Source of the DNA: Bacteroidia bacterium
GTDB taxonomy: Bacteria; Bacteroidota; Bacteroidia; M30B66
Length of the DNA: 64,000 nucleotides
Direction of reading: 5' to 3'
Assembly: GCA_965279035.1 (NCBI GenBank)
Contig: OZ257142.1
Span: 2,400,001 to 2,464,000 of the forward strand
Shown: positions 54,183-63,809 of the stretch, in pieces
Layout: every line of letters starts with the position of its first letter
How positions within the stretch are numbered: the stretch's first letter is position 1
Position numbers and translations under genes: made by a program
Notes under the pieces: model-generated
What the model was told of the DNA's origin: nothing
Databases searched by the model: none
What the model saw: the letters and a program-made list of their open reading frames with translations, nothing else

Positions 54183-56547
54183 ATTCGTTTACTAATTGAA
54201 TTCTTGAGTAATGTGTTCCGAATTGATTGGAAATCTCGATCAAATAAACACCTTGTGATTTGCCTACTAAATCATCTAAAATAATTGTTCCAGCTTGAAT
54301 GAATTTCTTTTCTGTAACGATTGCTCCCGTTGAAGTTCGAATGATGAGATGATCAATTTGAACATCAGAATGAAGTTGAAAATTTCCTGAAGTTGGATTT
54401 GGAAAAAGAATTATTGGCGAAAGTGAAATACTTGCTTCTATTCCAACATTAGTAACGTTTACAGTTGTAAAAGCAGTATCAGCACCACAGGCATTACTAA
54501 CAATTAAACGAATAATGTATTGACCAGGACTGGGATAAGTAAAACTAACATCACCCGCAGTAGTATTATCTACCGAACCGTTATTTTGGAAATCCCAAGC
54601 ATAATATGCAGTAAGAGTGCTTGCATTAGTAAAGTTTACAGTCAAACCATTTTGTTGCGTTGTGAAAGATGCAGTTGGACTTATGTTTTCTGTTACAGTA
54701 ATTTGATCTGATGCTGAACAACCAGCAGTATTGGTTACCGTTAATTCATAGGTGCCTGCAACTGCTGTCGTAAATGTTTGAGTTGTTGCACCATTTGACC
54801 AATGATATGAAGCAAATCCTCCTGTTGACACAATAAAAACAGGTTGATTATTACAACTTGTTTTGTCGGGACCGAGATTAAGAATGGGATTTGGAGAAGT
54901 GATCACAGCAATCGTATCATTTACTGAACAACCCAATTGACTGCTCATACTCACCCAATAAGTACCTGGCGTTGTGACCATAATGCTTGCAGTACTTTCG
55001 CCCGTTGACCAAAGAATTGAATCGTAACCGCTTGTTTGAATCGTAGCTGTAAGTCCTGCAAATGGGGAATAAGGAGGATTTTGAGAAAGACTTAGAAAAA
55101 TATCATTTCCATTTTCATCTTTACCTGTTGATGTTCCAGTTGCATTTCGAAATACCATGAATAGACCGTTCACCGATGAATCTGGATTGATTCCATAATA
55201 ATCGTAAACATTGATTGTAATGGACCAAAGATCTTCCCCAATGTTAGTCATTTCGCCCAATCCATCGTTCACACCCCAATTACCTACCCATGGGCTAACA
55301 GGTCCACCCATTGGTGCATATTCGAAACTAGAATGCATATAAACACTGTTCGATCCGCTCAGATCAGATTGACCTTGTGTGGCATCATAGACAATGGTTA
55401 ATGAATCTCCCAAAGGGGTGATTTTTACACCCGGAAATAATTCAAGAGGTGCACCACCGCATATTGTACCCGTTACACCTAGGTCAATTGGAGCTAAAGT
55501 AAGTTCAGAAATAGTGATAGAATCTCGATGTGATTCTGCACCAATAGTAGCTTCTAGCCAATATGTACCAGGCGTATTGACAAATAAAGTTGAAGCAGTT
55601 GAACTATCCGACCATAAATAGGAATCGAAAGTACCAGCAGTTTGCAAGGTATCCTGAATGTTTCCGGGACAAGAAAGGATATCATCACCCAAACCAAACG
55701 AAAGAAATGGATCTACAACACCGTATAGAAAATTATAACCATCATCGTTTAAGAAATCGAGTGTGAGCAAATCGTAGTTAGAGGTTGGATTATCGATCGT
55801 AGTTGAAAAGTAATAATAAGAAACAGCTAATCCAGCCGCAAAGCCCGGAATAGTCGCTGTACCCGTGGTACCTACAACCGAAACAGGAATGATGTGGCTT
55901 GTTGCGTAATAATCGGTGCTATAACGTAAATAAAATTTCTCTTCGGGTGAAGGTATTGCGCTAAGAAGAAGAGTTGCAGTAACAGGAGTTTGAGGACCAA
56001 CTGTTGTTCCGATTATGTTAATAGATTGACTAAGAAGCGAAACGGGTTCATTACTAGTTTCCATGAAAATGGCTCGGTTTGCTTGGTAGCCTATGTCTTG
56101 CCAATTCATGGTGTACACTTTATTGTTTTGTACAGTGATACTATTATCTGCTCCAGTATTGTATTGATAAGATTGCAATGAATCAATGATGACGTTAACT
56201 CCTGCCCATTTGTTGGCAAAAGGAGTAGCATTAGGTCCTGATGTAAATAAGAAACTATACGTCCCAGCCGAAGTATCAGCATTGGAATTGGCAATGTGGA
56301 TTCGGGTTTGCCAGCGACGTGTGCCGGTGTTTATGGGATGAACGGTGCCGAGAGCTTGGGTTGAACTTCCGTAAACCGATCCTGTTGTTGGTGGATTAAC
56401 AAAACTGTTCCATTGTCCGGGAAGATTTAATCCTTCGAGTTCGTATATCTGAGCATTGACCAATGAAAATGAAGTGCTCAAACACAGAAATAAAAGTAAT
56501 TTGAAACTGTTCAGAATTCCTGAACGATAAGCATAACGGTGTTGCAT
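54181..56547 (-). CDS. T9SS-secreted non-catalytic protein with a putative glucan-binding module, SprB-like repeats and a PKD domain
   Basis: Signal peptide; three LG.D...C...WS.G...V..PGTY repeats; PKD motif (VNFTNAS...YAWDF...FTYPSPGQY); LFPNP...GVYLIEI CTD. Confidence 0.8.
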   Translation of the reverse strand: MQHRYAYRSGILNSFKLLLFLCLSTSFSLVNAQIYELEGLNLPGQWNSFVNPPTTGSVYGSSTQALGTVHPINTGTRRWQTRIHIANSNADTSAGTYSFLFTSGPNATPFANKWAGVNVIIDSLQSYQYNTGADNSITVQNNKVYTMNWQDIGYQANRAIFMETSNEPVSLLSQSINIIGTTVGPQTPVTATLLLSAIPSPEEKFYLRYSTDYYATSHIIPVSVVGTTGTATIPGFAAGLAVSYYYFSTTIDNPTSNYDLLTLDFLNDDGYNFLYGVVDPFLSFGLGDDILSCPGNIQDTLQTAGTFDSYLWSDSSTASTLFVNTPGTYWLEATIGAESHRDSITISELTLAPIDLGVTGTICGGAPLELFPGVKITPLGDSLTIVYDATQGQSDLSGSNSVYMHSSFEYAPMGGPVSPWVGNWGVNDGLGEMTNIGEDLWSITINVYDYYGINPDSSVNGLFMVFRNATGTSTGKDENGNDIFLSLSQNPPYSPFAGLTATIQTSGYDSILWSTGESTASIMVTTPGTYWVSMSSQLGCSVNDTIAVITSPNPILNLGPDKTSCNNQPVFIVSTGGFASYHWSNGATTQTFTTAVAGTYELTVTNTAGCSASDQITVTENISPTASFTTQQNGLTVNFTNASTLTAYYAWDFQNNGSVDNTTAGDVSFTYPSPGQYIIRLIVSNACGADTAFTTVNVTNVGIEASISLSPIILFPNPTSGNFQLHSDVQIDHLIIRTSTGAIVTEKKFIQAGTIILDDLVGKSQGVYLIEISNQFGTHYSRIQLVNE

Positions 56548-56578
56548 AAACTCCGTAGTTTAGGGTTATTAAAACGAA

Positions 56579-56599
56579 TGAGTGTCAAAAATACACTTT
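56579..56599. promoter_or_regulatory. Putative NrtR-family operator 3, overlapping the -7 element TATTTTTG (56586-56593, minus strand)
   Basis: TGAGTGT-CAAAAAT-ACACTTT. Confidence 0.7.
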
Positions 56600-56655
56600 A
56601 ATAGGACATCTGATTAATCAATTCAACTTGATTTCAGCTGCTAAATTAAATTACA

Positions 56656-57054
56656 ATGGAAATAAACCTCACTACTCCCGCCCTGCTCTTTCCAGCAATT
56701 TCTTTGTTATTACTGGCTTATACAAATCGATTTCTTGCAATTGCCAATTTAATTCGAGGCTTGAAAAAACAATATGAACATGAGCACGATTCGAATCTAT
56801 TGGAGCAAATTATAAATCTTCAAAAACGTATTATACTAATTCGAAATATGCAGGCAGCGGGAATAGCAAGTATTATGTGTTGTATGCTGTGTATGTTCGA
56901 ATTGTATTTAGGCTATCAGCTTTCGGCAAAATTCCTCTTCGGTATTAGTTTGATCTTGATGATGATATCACTTTTCTTGTCATTTCGTGAAACGATGATT
57001 TCTGTTCATGCCTTGAATCTCGAACTAAAACAATTACTAAAAAGTAAAAGTTAA
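56656..57054 (+). CDS. DUF2721 membrane protein
   Basis: LTTPALLFPAISLLLLAYTNRFL motif; three hydrophobic helices. Confidence 0.85.
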   Translation: MEINLTTPALLFPAISLLLLAYTNRFLAIANLIRGLKKQYEHEHDSNLLEQIINLQKRIILIRNMQAAGIASIMCCMLCMFELYLGYQLSAKFLFGISLILMMISLFLSFRETMISVHALNLELKQLLKSKS

Positions 57055-57099
57055 ACTTCCGATAAACAGTATATGATGCAGATTATGAACGAAATAAAA

Positions 57100-59538
57100 T
57101 CATTTCAATAATTCCATTCGGGCAGGTAATTTCACAAGTGCAAACTTGCCAATTTCGATAAAACGTTTAATCCAATCAAGCTTATTGCTTTGTTGCTTGA
57201 ATCGAAGTAACTCCGTGTTTTCGAGAAGCATTTTCCCTTTCGAGAAGAAATCATTTTGAAATTCTACCAAATCGGGTTCAATATCGAGTGTTTTTAAAAC
57301 CTCGAAAATCTGCACCAGCGAATCCAAGGTCTTTAAATCAGAATCATCGTATTTTAATGTTCTGAGCATTTGAAGCAATTTATTACTTGCTGCAAATCCA
57401 ATAGTGGTTTTATCTAGCTCAACTTCCCATTTCTGAGCATCACTTGCCAATTGATTTAATCGTGAAGTATTAACAAGTCCATTTTCGAATACATGCCGCA
57501 AATCGGTATTGATTACATTTTCCAAATTCTTTATCAATACAGGCGGAATAGGCAATCGAGCATCACTCATTACTGTCATGATGTTGTAATTCCGATTGAA
57601 AATACTTCGGAACGAATCTTCCGCTTGCAAAACATCTTTTTGAATAATCTGATTCAATACTTTACGTTGTTCATCCTTGAACAAATTCCATAAAGAAAAC
57701 TTCTCTGGACCAAAGTAAATCTGCATGATACCAATCACCTCGGCTACATTACTCTCTTGAAATGCCAGCGTGATTTCTTTCTGCATTTGAGCATAATCTT
57801 CCTCCTCAATAAAACTACTTGAATTGCCAATGATGTGGTTTTGTCCAAGCCAGATTACAGCAAAATAGAACTTCTTTACACTGTATGTAATCAAAGAATT
57901 AACGGTTGTTTTGCCAATTGCAACGCGCAAAGAACCAGCATCTAAACGTAAATAATGATCATTGCTAGCTCGGTAGTTACATATTTGAAGATTCTCAGGA
58001 ACTTCTTCGAATAAAGAAGCTACGGCATAATGAGAACCAACGCGCGACAAGGTTAATCGTGAAGGTTGAACGAATTTTTTATGAATGATAGCTCCATTTT
58101 GATAAGCAGGAACATTGCTTGGAGCGGTTTTCAAACGTTGAAGAAACTCTTTTTCCAATACAATACTACTTTCGCTTTCAGCTAACTGAATGGCTCGATC
58201 GGCATACTGCAAAATTTGGGTGGTTTCAATGCCCGATATCTCATCGAAAAACCAACCACAACTTGTATACATTAACATAGCATGGCGCTGCATTTCGAGC
58301 ATGCGCATCACACGTGTTTTATGATCGCCTTCGGGAATCATGCGACAATGTTCAGAAAGAAACTGGTTTACCGATTTATCGCTTCGATCTAATACAATGG
58401 AGATATAGGCGTTTCGTGCAGTCCAAGGATCTTGCATGTAACGACTTAACTCCTTTTCATAAACAATTGAAAGTTGATCACGCAACCAATTTAAGGAATC
58501 TCTCAAAGGCGCTCTCCATGCTTGATTCCATTCGGGATTCATGCCTGAACTACAACCACAATCGGCTTTCCAGCGCTCAACTCCATGCACACAACTCCAG
58601 GAACTATTTTCGAAAATTTCTACTTCCCATTCAGCTGGAACGAGATCTAAAAACTGACCATAATTGGTAATACTGGCTAAGTTGTTTTGTTCAATATAGT
58701 CGATGCAATAAGCTAAAGCCATATCTCCGCGAAGGTGATGATGCCCATAACTTTCTCCATCAGTAGCTACATGAATTAAACGCTTTCCTTCACCTGAATT
58801 CAATTCACACAAGCGAGTTGCAAATTCTTTCCCATCGATCAACAATCCTTTAAAGGCAATGTCTTGAGAGATGTTTCCATCATAAAAGAACAATACGATG
58901 GATTTTCCAGAAGGAAGTTTACAGATATAGGGTTTTGTGGAGTCAATCCGTTCTCCTGAAACATCGGTCCAATCGGAATTTGGTGCTTTCACTTTAGATG
59001 CCTGACGCGGAGCTAAAATGGTAAAACGTATTTCGTTTTCGGCTAAGACCTCTAACGTTTCAGTATCAACAGCAGTTTCGGCTAGCCACATTCCCTCAGG
59101 CTTGCGATCAAAACGTGATTCAAAATCACGAATTCCCCAAATCACTTGGCTTTCCTTATCGCGTCGATTAGCTAAAGGCATGATCAAATGGTTGTACACT
59201 TGAGCCAAGGCATTTCCGTGACCACCAAAGTTTTTTCGGCTTACTCGATCAGCTTCCAAAACCCGCTGATAAGCAGCAGGAGTATGTTGCTCCATCCACT
59301 GCAATAGTGTAGGACCAAAATTGAAACTGATCTTTTCGTAATTATTTACAATGTTGATGATTGATTGTTCATCATCTAAAATGCGAGATGTTCCATTGGG
59401 ACCATAACATTCATGAGCAATGCGTTCATTCCAGTCGTGGTAAGGATATGCTGAATCTTGCTGTTCTATGACTTCTAACCAAGCATTTTCACGAGGCGGC
59501 TGATAAAAATGGCCATGAATACAGACATATTTCTCCAT
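57100..59538 (-). CDS. GH57 glycoside hydrolase with DUF3536
   Basis: CIHGHFYQPPRENAW, GMWLAETAVD, ATDGESYGHH, SWSCVHGVERW and MYTSCGWFFDE motifs; no signal peptide. Confidence 0.9.
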   Translation of the reverse strand: MEKYVCIHGHFYQPPRENAWLEVIEQQDSAYPYHDWNERIAHECYGPNGTSRILDDEQSIINIVNNYEKISFNFGPTLLQWMEQHTPAAYQRVLEADRVSRKNFGGHGNALAQVYNHLIMPLANRRDKESQVIWGIRDFESRFDRKPEGMWLAETAVDTETLEVLAENEIRFTILAPRQASKVKAPNSDWTDVSGERIDSTKPYICKLPSGKSIVLFFYDGNISQDIAFKGLLIDGKEFATRLCELNSGEGKRLIHVATDGESYGHHHLRGDMALAYCIDYIEQNNLASITNYGQFLDLVPAEWEVEIFENSSWSCVHGVERWKADCGCSSGMNPEWNQAWRAPLRDSLNWLRDQLSIVYEKELSRYMQDPWTARNAYISIVLDRSDKSVNQFLSEHCRMIPEGDHKTRVMRMLEMQRHAMLMYTSCGWFFDEISGIETTQILQYADRAIQLAESESSIVLEKEFLQRLKTAPSNVPAYQNGAIIHKKFVQPSRLTLSRVGSHYAVASLFEEVPENLQICNYRASNDHYLRLDAGSLRVAIGKTTVNSLITYSVKKFYFAVIWLGQNHIIGNSSSFIEEEDYAQMQKEITLAFQESNVAEVIGIMQIYFGPEKFSLWNLFKDEQRKVLNQIIQKDVLQAEDSFRSIFNRNYNIMTVMSDARLPIPPVLIKNLENVINTDLRHVFENGLVNTSRLNQLASDAQKWEVELDKTTIGFAASNKLLQMLRTLKYDDSDLKTLDSLVQIFEVLKTLDIEPDLVEFQNDFFSKGKMLLENTELLRFKQQSNKLDWIKRFIEIGKFALVKLPARMELLK

Positions 59539-59606
59539 ATGTAATGTTAATTCTAAAAATGCGTAAAGCCGTTTTGAAATTTTAGAAAGGAGGGCAATGT
59601 TAGGGA

Positions 59607-59627
59607 AATTTGTCTAAATGACACTTT
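59607..59627. promoter_or_regulatory. Putative NrtR-family operator 4 (GH57)
   Basis: AATTTGT-CTAAATG-ACACTTT; shares AATGACACTT with operator 1; one core mismatch. Confidence 0.55.
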
Positions 59628-59844
59628 GAAACCATTCCTCAGAACTTCAAAAGAACCAAATTGTGGATAAAATCTTGAAGATATCCAGCTTTTTTCAATC
59701 CTTGAAATCGTTTATTTTCAAGCCATACAACTACAAAACACGCAGTTTCAAGTCCTTGCTAATAGTTCATTTTTTCTGTTCAAAACTTCATAACATTCGC
59801 GGTCTTTATTTGTTAGTTTTGCAGAAACCAATTCATGGCGGAGT

Positions 59845-61254
59845 ATGAATGAATTTTCAGAAGAAAATGAGAATCCGGAATTCGCTGTTAAACGGTTCGA
59901 ACGCATGCTGCGTCTCAATGAACAATATTATTTTGAGCGTGATGACCTTGAAAACATCGTAGAATTTTACATTCACGAAAATCATCATCAAAAAGCACTG
60001 AAAGCCATCAAGTTCGCTTCAGGACAATATCCCGATTCAACCTATTTCATTCTTAGAAAATCTCAACTCATGTCGGCCGAAGGGCATTATGAGGATGCAT
60101 TAAAACTGCTTAATGAGATTGAAATATTCGAACCAGGAAATCCCGAAATATTTGTCACGCGTGGTGGAATTTATGCCATGCTTGGACGACCTTCTGAAGC
60201 TATTGAGGCGTATAAAGCAGCATTACGAATTGACCGTCGTATTGAAGAAATTTACTTATTCATCGCGTTCGAATTTCAGAATCAGAGTAAATACGGGAAA
60301 GCAGCACGCTACTTACGTCGCTGTTTGAAGTTAAATCCTGAGAACGAATCGGCTTTATATGAAATGTCGTTTTGCTTTGATGTAACCAATAAATTCACTG
60401 AAGGCATTCGATTTTTCAATGGATTTTTGGATGAACAACCTTATGCAAAAGTGGCTTGGTATGCTTTAGGACATTTATATAGTAAGCAACAAAACTATTT
60501 AAAAGCCATTGAAGCATTTGATTATGCTACTGTTATTGACGAAACCTTTGCCAGCGCTTGGTTTAATAAAGGAAATTGTCAAGCTGCTACCGAACAATAC
60601 GAAGAGGCGATTGAGTCATACAAAGAGATTTTTAAATTAGAAGAGCCCGATGCCATGACATTTCTCTATATCGGAGAGTGTTATGAGAATTTGGATAAAT
60701 ATCCCGAAGCGCTAAAATACTATCAACGAGCATCTGCTTTGGATGAGTTTTTACCGGATGCATGGATAGGAATTGGTGTAGTTCTCGATTTTATGGATCG
60801 AAGTAATGAATCACTTTCCTATGTGAAGAAAGGCATCAATCTCGATCCAACACGCGGAACATTTTGGTTTATTTTGGGTGATCTTCAGTTGAAAATGGGA
60901 TTTGTGAATGAAGCCGAAGAATCCTATACGAAAGTGTTGGAATTTGAACCAGAGAATGAAGATATCTGGGTTTTCATGAGCAATTTGTTATTAGAACAAA
61001 ATCGTGCAGAAGAAGCAAAAAGCATAATGGCTGAGTGCTTTAAATATCATCCAGGAAATGCACGATTAACTTATCAATCTTGTGAAGTTGAGTTACACAA
61101 TGGCAATACACAAGAAGCATTGATCTTAGCAGAAATTGCAATTTCAGAAGATGCTGCCATGGGAATATTGATGTTAGAAGAATTGCCACGATTTGGAATG
61201 AACGCTGATATTCAGCGACTTGTTGAACGTTATAGAGATCAAGAAAAGAAATGA
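59845..61254 (+). CDS. Tetratricopeptide repeat protein
   Basis: Multiple TPRs (AWFNKGN, AWIGIG, AWYALG); no signal peptide. Confidence 0.88.
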   Translation: MNEFSEENENPEFAVKRFERMLRLNEQYYFERDDLENIVEFYIHENHHQKALKAIKFASGQYPDSTYFILRKSQLMSAEGHYEDALKLLNEIEIFEPGNPEIFVTRGGIYAMLGRPSEAIEAYKAALRIDRRIEEIYLFIAFEFQNQSKYGKAARYLRRCLKLNPENESALYEMSFCFDVTNKFTEGIRFFNGFLDEQPYAKVAWYALGHLYSKQQNYLKAIEAFDYATVIDETFASAWFNKGNCQAATEQYEEAIESYKEIFKLEEPDAMTFLYIGECYENLDKYPEALKYYQRASALDEFLPDAWIGIGVVLDFMDRSNESLSYVKKGINLDPTRGTFWFILGDLQLKMGFVNEAEESYTKVLEFEPENEDIWVFMSNLLLEQNRAEEAKSIMAECFKYHPGNARLTYQSCEVELHNGNTQEALILAEIAISEDAAMGILMLEELPRFGMNADIQRLVERYRDQEKK

Positions 61255-62039
61255 ATTCACTATTACCTTATTTGCCTGAGCGCAGCGAACAGCCCCGTGA
61301 ATCGGGAGTTACTATGATGATGGATAAAGGGCTGAGTTTTCGTCAAGCAGAAGATTTCATCACCCATTCTGGACATTTAGCCGATGTGATTAAACTCGGA
61401 TTTGGAACGTCCATCGTTGCTCGAAATGTGAAAGAAAAGATTAAACTTTATCGTGATGCTGGTTTACGTGTGTATGTTGGTGGAACATTATTCGAAGCTT
61501 TTATTATTCGTAACAAGTTTGATGATTACCGAAAATATATCGACAATTTAGGTTTAGATACCTGCGAAGTATCAGATGGATCAATTGTTTTAGATCATAG
61601 CAAGAAGTGCGATTATATTGCAAAATTGGCTAAAGATTACCGTGTGCTTTCGGAAGTTGGATCGAAGGAAGCTGGAATTTTAATTGCTCCAGCAAAATGG
61701 ATTTCGATGATGAAATCGGAATTAGAAGCGGGTTCTTGGAAAGTAATTGCAGAAGCACGTGAAGCTGGAAATGTAGGAATCTATCGACCAAATGGAACAG
61801 CTCACGTTGTTTTAGTAAACCGAATTCTTTCAAAAATTCCTTCTGATAAAATTTTGTGGGAAGCTCCTGCAAAATCACAACAAGCTTGGTTTATCAAACA
61901 CATTGGAGCAAATGTGAATTTGGGAAATATCGCTCACGATGATGTCATTCCTTTGGAAACATTGCGTCTTGGATTACGTGGTGATACCTTTTTCCAATTT
62001 CTTCCTGAAGAATTTCACAAACTCAAACAAACTGTATAA
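61251..62039 (+). CDS. comA: Phosphosulfolactate synthase (ComA family)
   Basis: PRESGVTMMMDKGL, KLGFGTS, GGTLFE, EVSDG, SEVGSK, IAEARE, WEAP, VNLGNI and LETLRLGLRGDT motifs. Confidence 0.9.
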   Translation: MNSLLPYLPERSEQPRESGVTMMMDKGLSFRQAEDFITHSGHLADVIKLGFGTSIVARNVKEKIKLYRDAGLRVYVGGTLFEAFIIRNKFDDYRKYIDNLGLDTCEVSDGSIVLDHSKKCDYIAKLAKDYRVLSEVGSKEAGILIAPAKWISMMKSELEAGSWKVIAEAREAGNVGIYRPNGTAHVVLVNRILSKIPSDKILWEAPAKSQQAWFIKHIGANVNLGNIAHDDVIPLETLRLGLRGDTFFQFLPEEFHKLKQTV

Positions 62040-62041
62040 TC

Positions 62042-62356
62042 ATGAAGGAAATCTCCGTTTCCGATCTGAAAAACTGGCGCGATCAAGGCAAAGAACATCA
62101 ACTCATCGATGTGCGTGAAGAATACGAATACGAAGCTGCCAATATCCAAGGCGAACTCATTCCCATGGGAAGCATTCCTTCTCGTTTAGAAGACATTAGA
62201 AAAGATATTCCAGTTATCCTACAATGTAAATCAGGAAGTCGTTCTGCAAATATTTGTCGATATCTTGAGCAACAAGGGTTTGATAATGTTTACAATTTAA
62301 CTGGAGGCATTTTTGCCTGGATTGATCAAATTGATCCAACCATGAATAAGTACTGA
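62042..62356 (+). CDS. Single-domain rhodanese (sulfurtransferase-like)
   Basis: LIDVRE..EY, active loop CKSGSRS and NLTGGIFAW motifs. Confidence 0.9.
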   Translation: MKEISVSDLKNWRDQGKEHQLIDVREEYEYEAANIQGELIPMGSIPSRLEDIRKDIPVILQCKSGSRSANICRYLEQQGFDNVYNLTGGIFAWIDQIDPTMNKY

Positions 62357-62359
62357 ACA

Positions 62360-63148
62360 ATGCGTCAATACGGACTTATTGGTCAAACACTTACTCATAC
62401 CTTCTCCCCTGCTTGGTTTGCCGAAAAATTCCGGAAAGAAGGAATTCTCGATGCTCAATACGATGCATTTGAACTTAAAAGTATCGATGACTTACCTCGC
62501 TTATTAATAAAAACCCCGAACATCAAAGGGTTTAACGTGACTATTCCTTATAAGACATCGGTTTGTGGGTATTTGGACGAATTGTATGGACCAGCGGCTG
62601 GACTTCAAGTAGTTAATACTGTAGTTGTTGAAGTAGCAGAAGAGGCCTTTCCAGGACAGAAAATTCCTGGCTTTCGATTAAAAGGGTTCAATACTGATAT
62701 TTTCGGATTTAAAGAATCGATCAAGCCATTGATGCGCCCTTGGTTTGAACGAGCATTGATTTTAGGAACTGGCGCAAGTGCATCTTCTGTAGCTTATGTA
62801 CTTTATAAATTAGGAGTTGATACTTTATTTGTAAGTCGAGAACCAGAAGGAGAACAAGAAATTGCATGGGCAGATGTGAATGAACATGTGATGCATTTTC
62901 ATCCTTTGATCATCAATACAACACCCATTGGGCAATTTCCTGATGTATTGAATTCACCCCAAATTCCTTATAGTAAATTAACCGATCAACATTTAGTGTA
63001 CGATCTGGTTTACAATCCAAGTGAAACAGAATTTCTAAAAAAGGCAAGAGAAGCTGGCGCGATGATTCACAATGGACAATCGATGTTAGAAATGCAAGCT
63101 GAACAAAGTTGGAAAACTTGGCAAAATGCAGAAATGGGAAAGTCTTAA
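62360..63148 (+). CDS. aroE: Shikimate dehydrogenase
   Basis: HTFSP, GFNVTIPYK, VNT, GFNTD, LGTGA, INTTPIG and YDLVYNP motifs. Confidence 0.92.
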   Translation: MRQYGLIGQTLTHTFSPAWFAEKFRKEGILDAQYDAFELKSIDDLPRLLIKTPNIKGFNVTIPYKTSVCGYLDELYGPAAGLQVVNTVVVEVAEEAFPGQKIPGFRLKGFNTDIFGFKESIKPLMRPWFERALILGTGASASSVAYVLYKLGVDTLFVSREPEGEQEIAWADVNEHVMHFHPLIINTTPIGQFPDVLNSPQIPYSKLTDQHLVYDLVYNPSETEFLKKAREAGAMIHNGQSMLEMQAEQSWKTWQNAEMGKS

Positions 63149-63687
63149 TTCCCTAAACGTGCTTCCACTTGAATTTTAATACTTGCCGACATTTCAATGG
63201 GATCAGGTAATATTTGAAGATCGTTTCTACCATAAAACGCAAAGCTAAGATCACCTTGTTTGAAATACTCTTTCAAGTCAACATCAAAGGGTGTAATGCT
63301 TGTACTCGTTTGTGTATAGGTATCAGGTAAATCTATTGAGGCAAAAATCACGTTGCCTGCACCTTGATTGCTTAATCGTACTTCTAATTTTTTAAAATAA
63401 TCCAATGTCTTATTCGGACTAACTACCGAAAGTGTGATGGAAGTTACTTTTACTGACTTTAAGTTATTAATTGTAAAACCATTATCTGCCAAGTAATTCA
63501 CGATATCAGTTTGAACATCTTTCGTTCCTAGTTCATAGTCTCCAGTAGTTGAAGTGGTATCAACAATGAAATTCATACTTGCATACTCCTTTTCGTAACT
63601 CAAAGGTTTTGCAGATTTTTTACAAGCAGAAATTGAAAGGAATATGATGAAAGCAGAAAATAACAAACGTGCATTGAGCAATTGCAT
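63145..63687 (-). CDS. Hypothetical lipoprotein
   Basis: Lipobox ISA-C followed by KK; beta-rich body. Confidence 0.7.
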   Translation of the reverse strand: MQLLNARLLFSAFIIFLSISACKKSAKPLSYEKEYASMNFIVDTTSTTGDYELGTKDVQTDIVNYLADNGFTINNLKSVKVTSITLSVVSPNKTLDYFKKLEVRLSNQGAGNVIFASIDLPDTYTQTSTSITPFDVDLKEYFKQGDLSFAFYGRNDLQILPDPIEMSASIKIQVEARLGN

Positions 63688-63809
63688 GGGTTCTTAATTT
63701 TTTACGAATTTAGAAAAAAAGCATTCCCTAACTTATAATTGAACAGGAATCATCACACATTCATTCATTACATTTGATTTTCGAAAAATTCAATCCGAAT
63801 AAACATCCA

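Noticed and set aside
59662-59670. Perfect DnaA box (TTATCCACA on minus), plus isolated matches near 30934 and 11250
   Set aside because: These are single scattered boxes with no cluster or unwinding element, so not oriC.
61251-62039. comA as evidence of coenzyme M synthesis or archaeal transfer
   Set aside because: No other CoM genes are present here, and ComA homologs are known in non-methanogenic bacteria.
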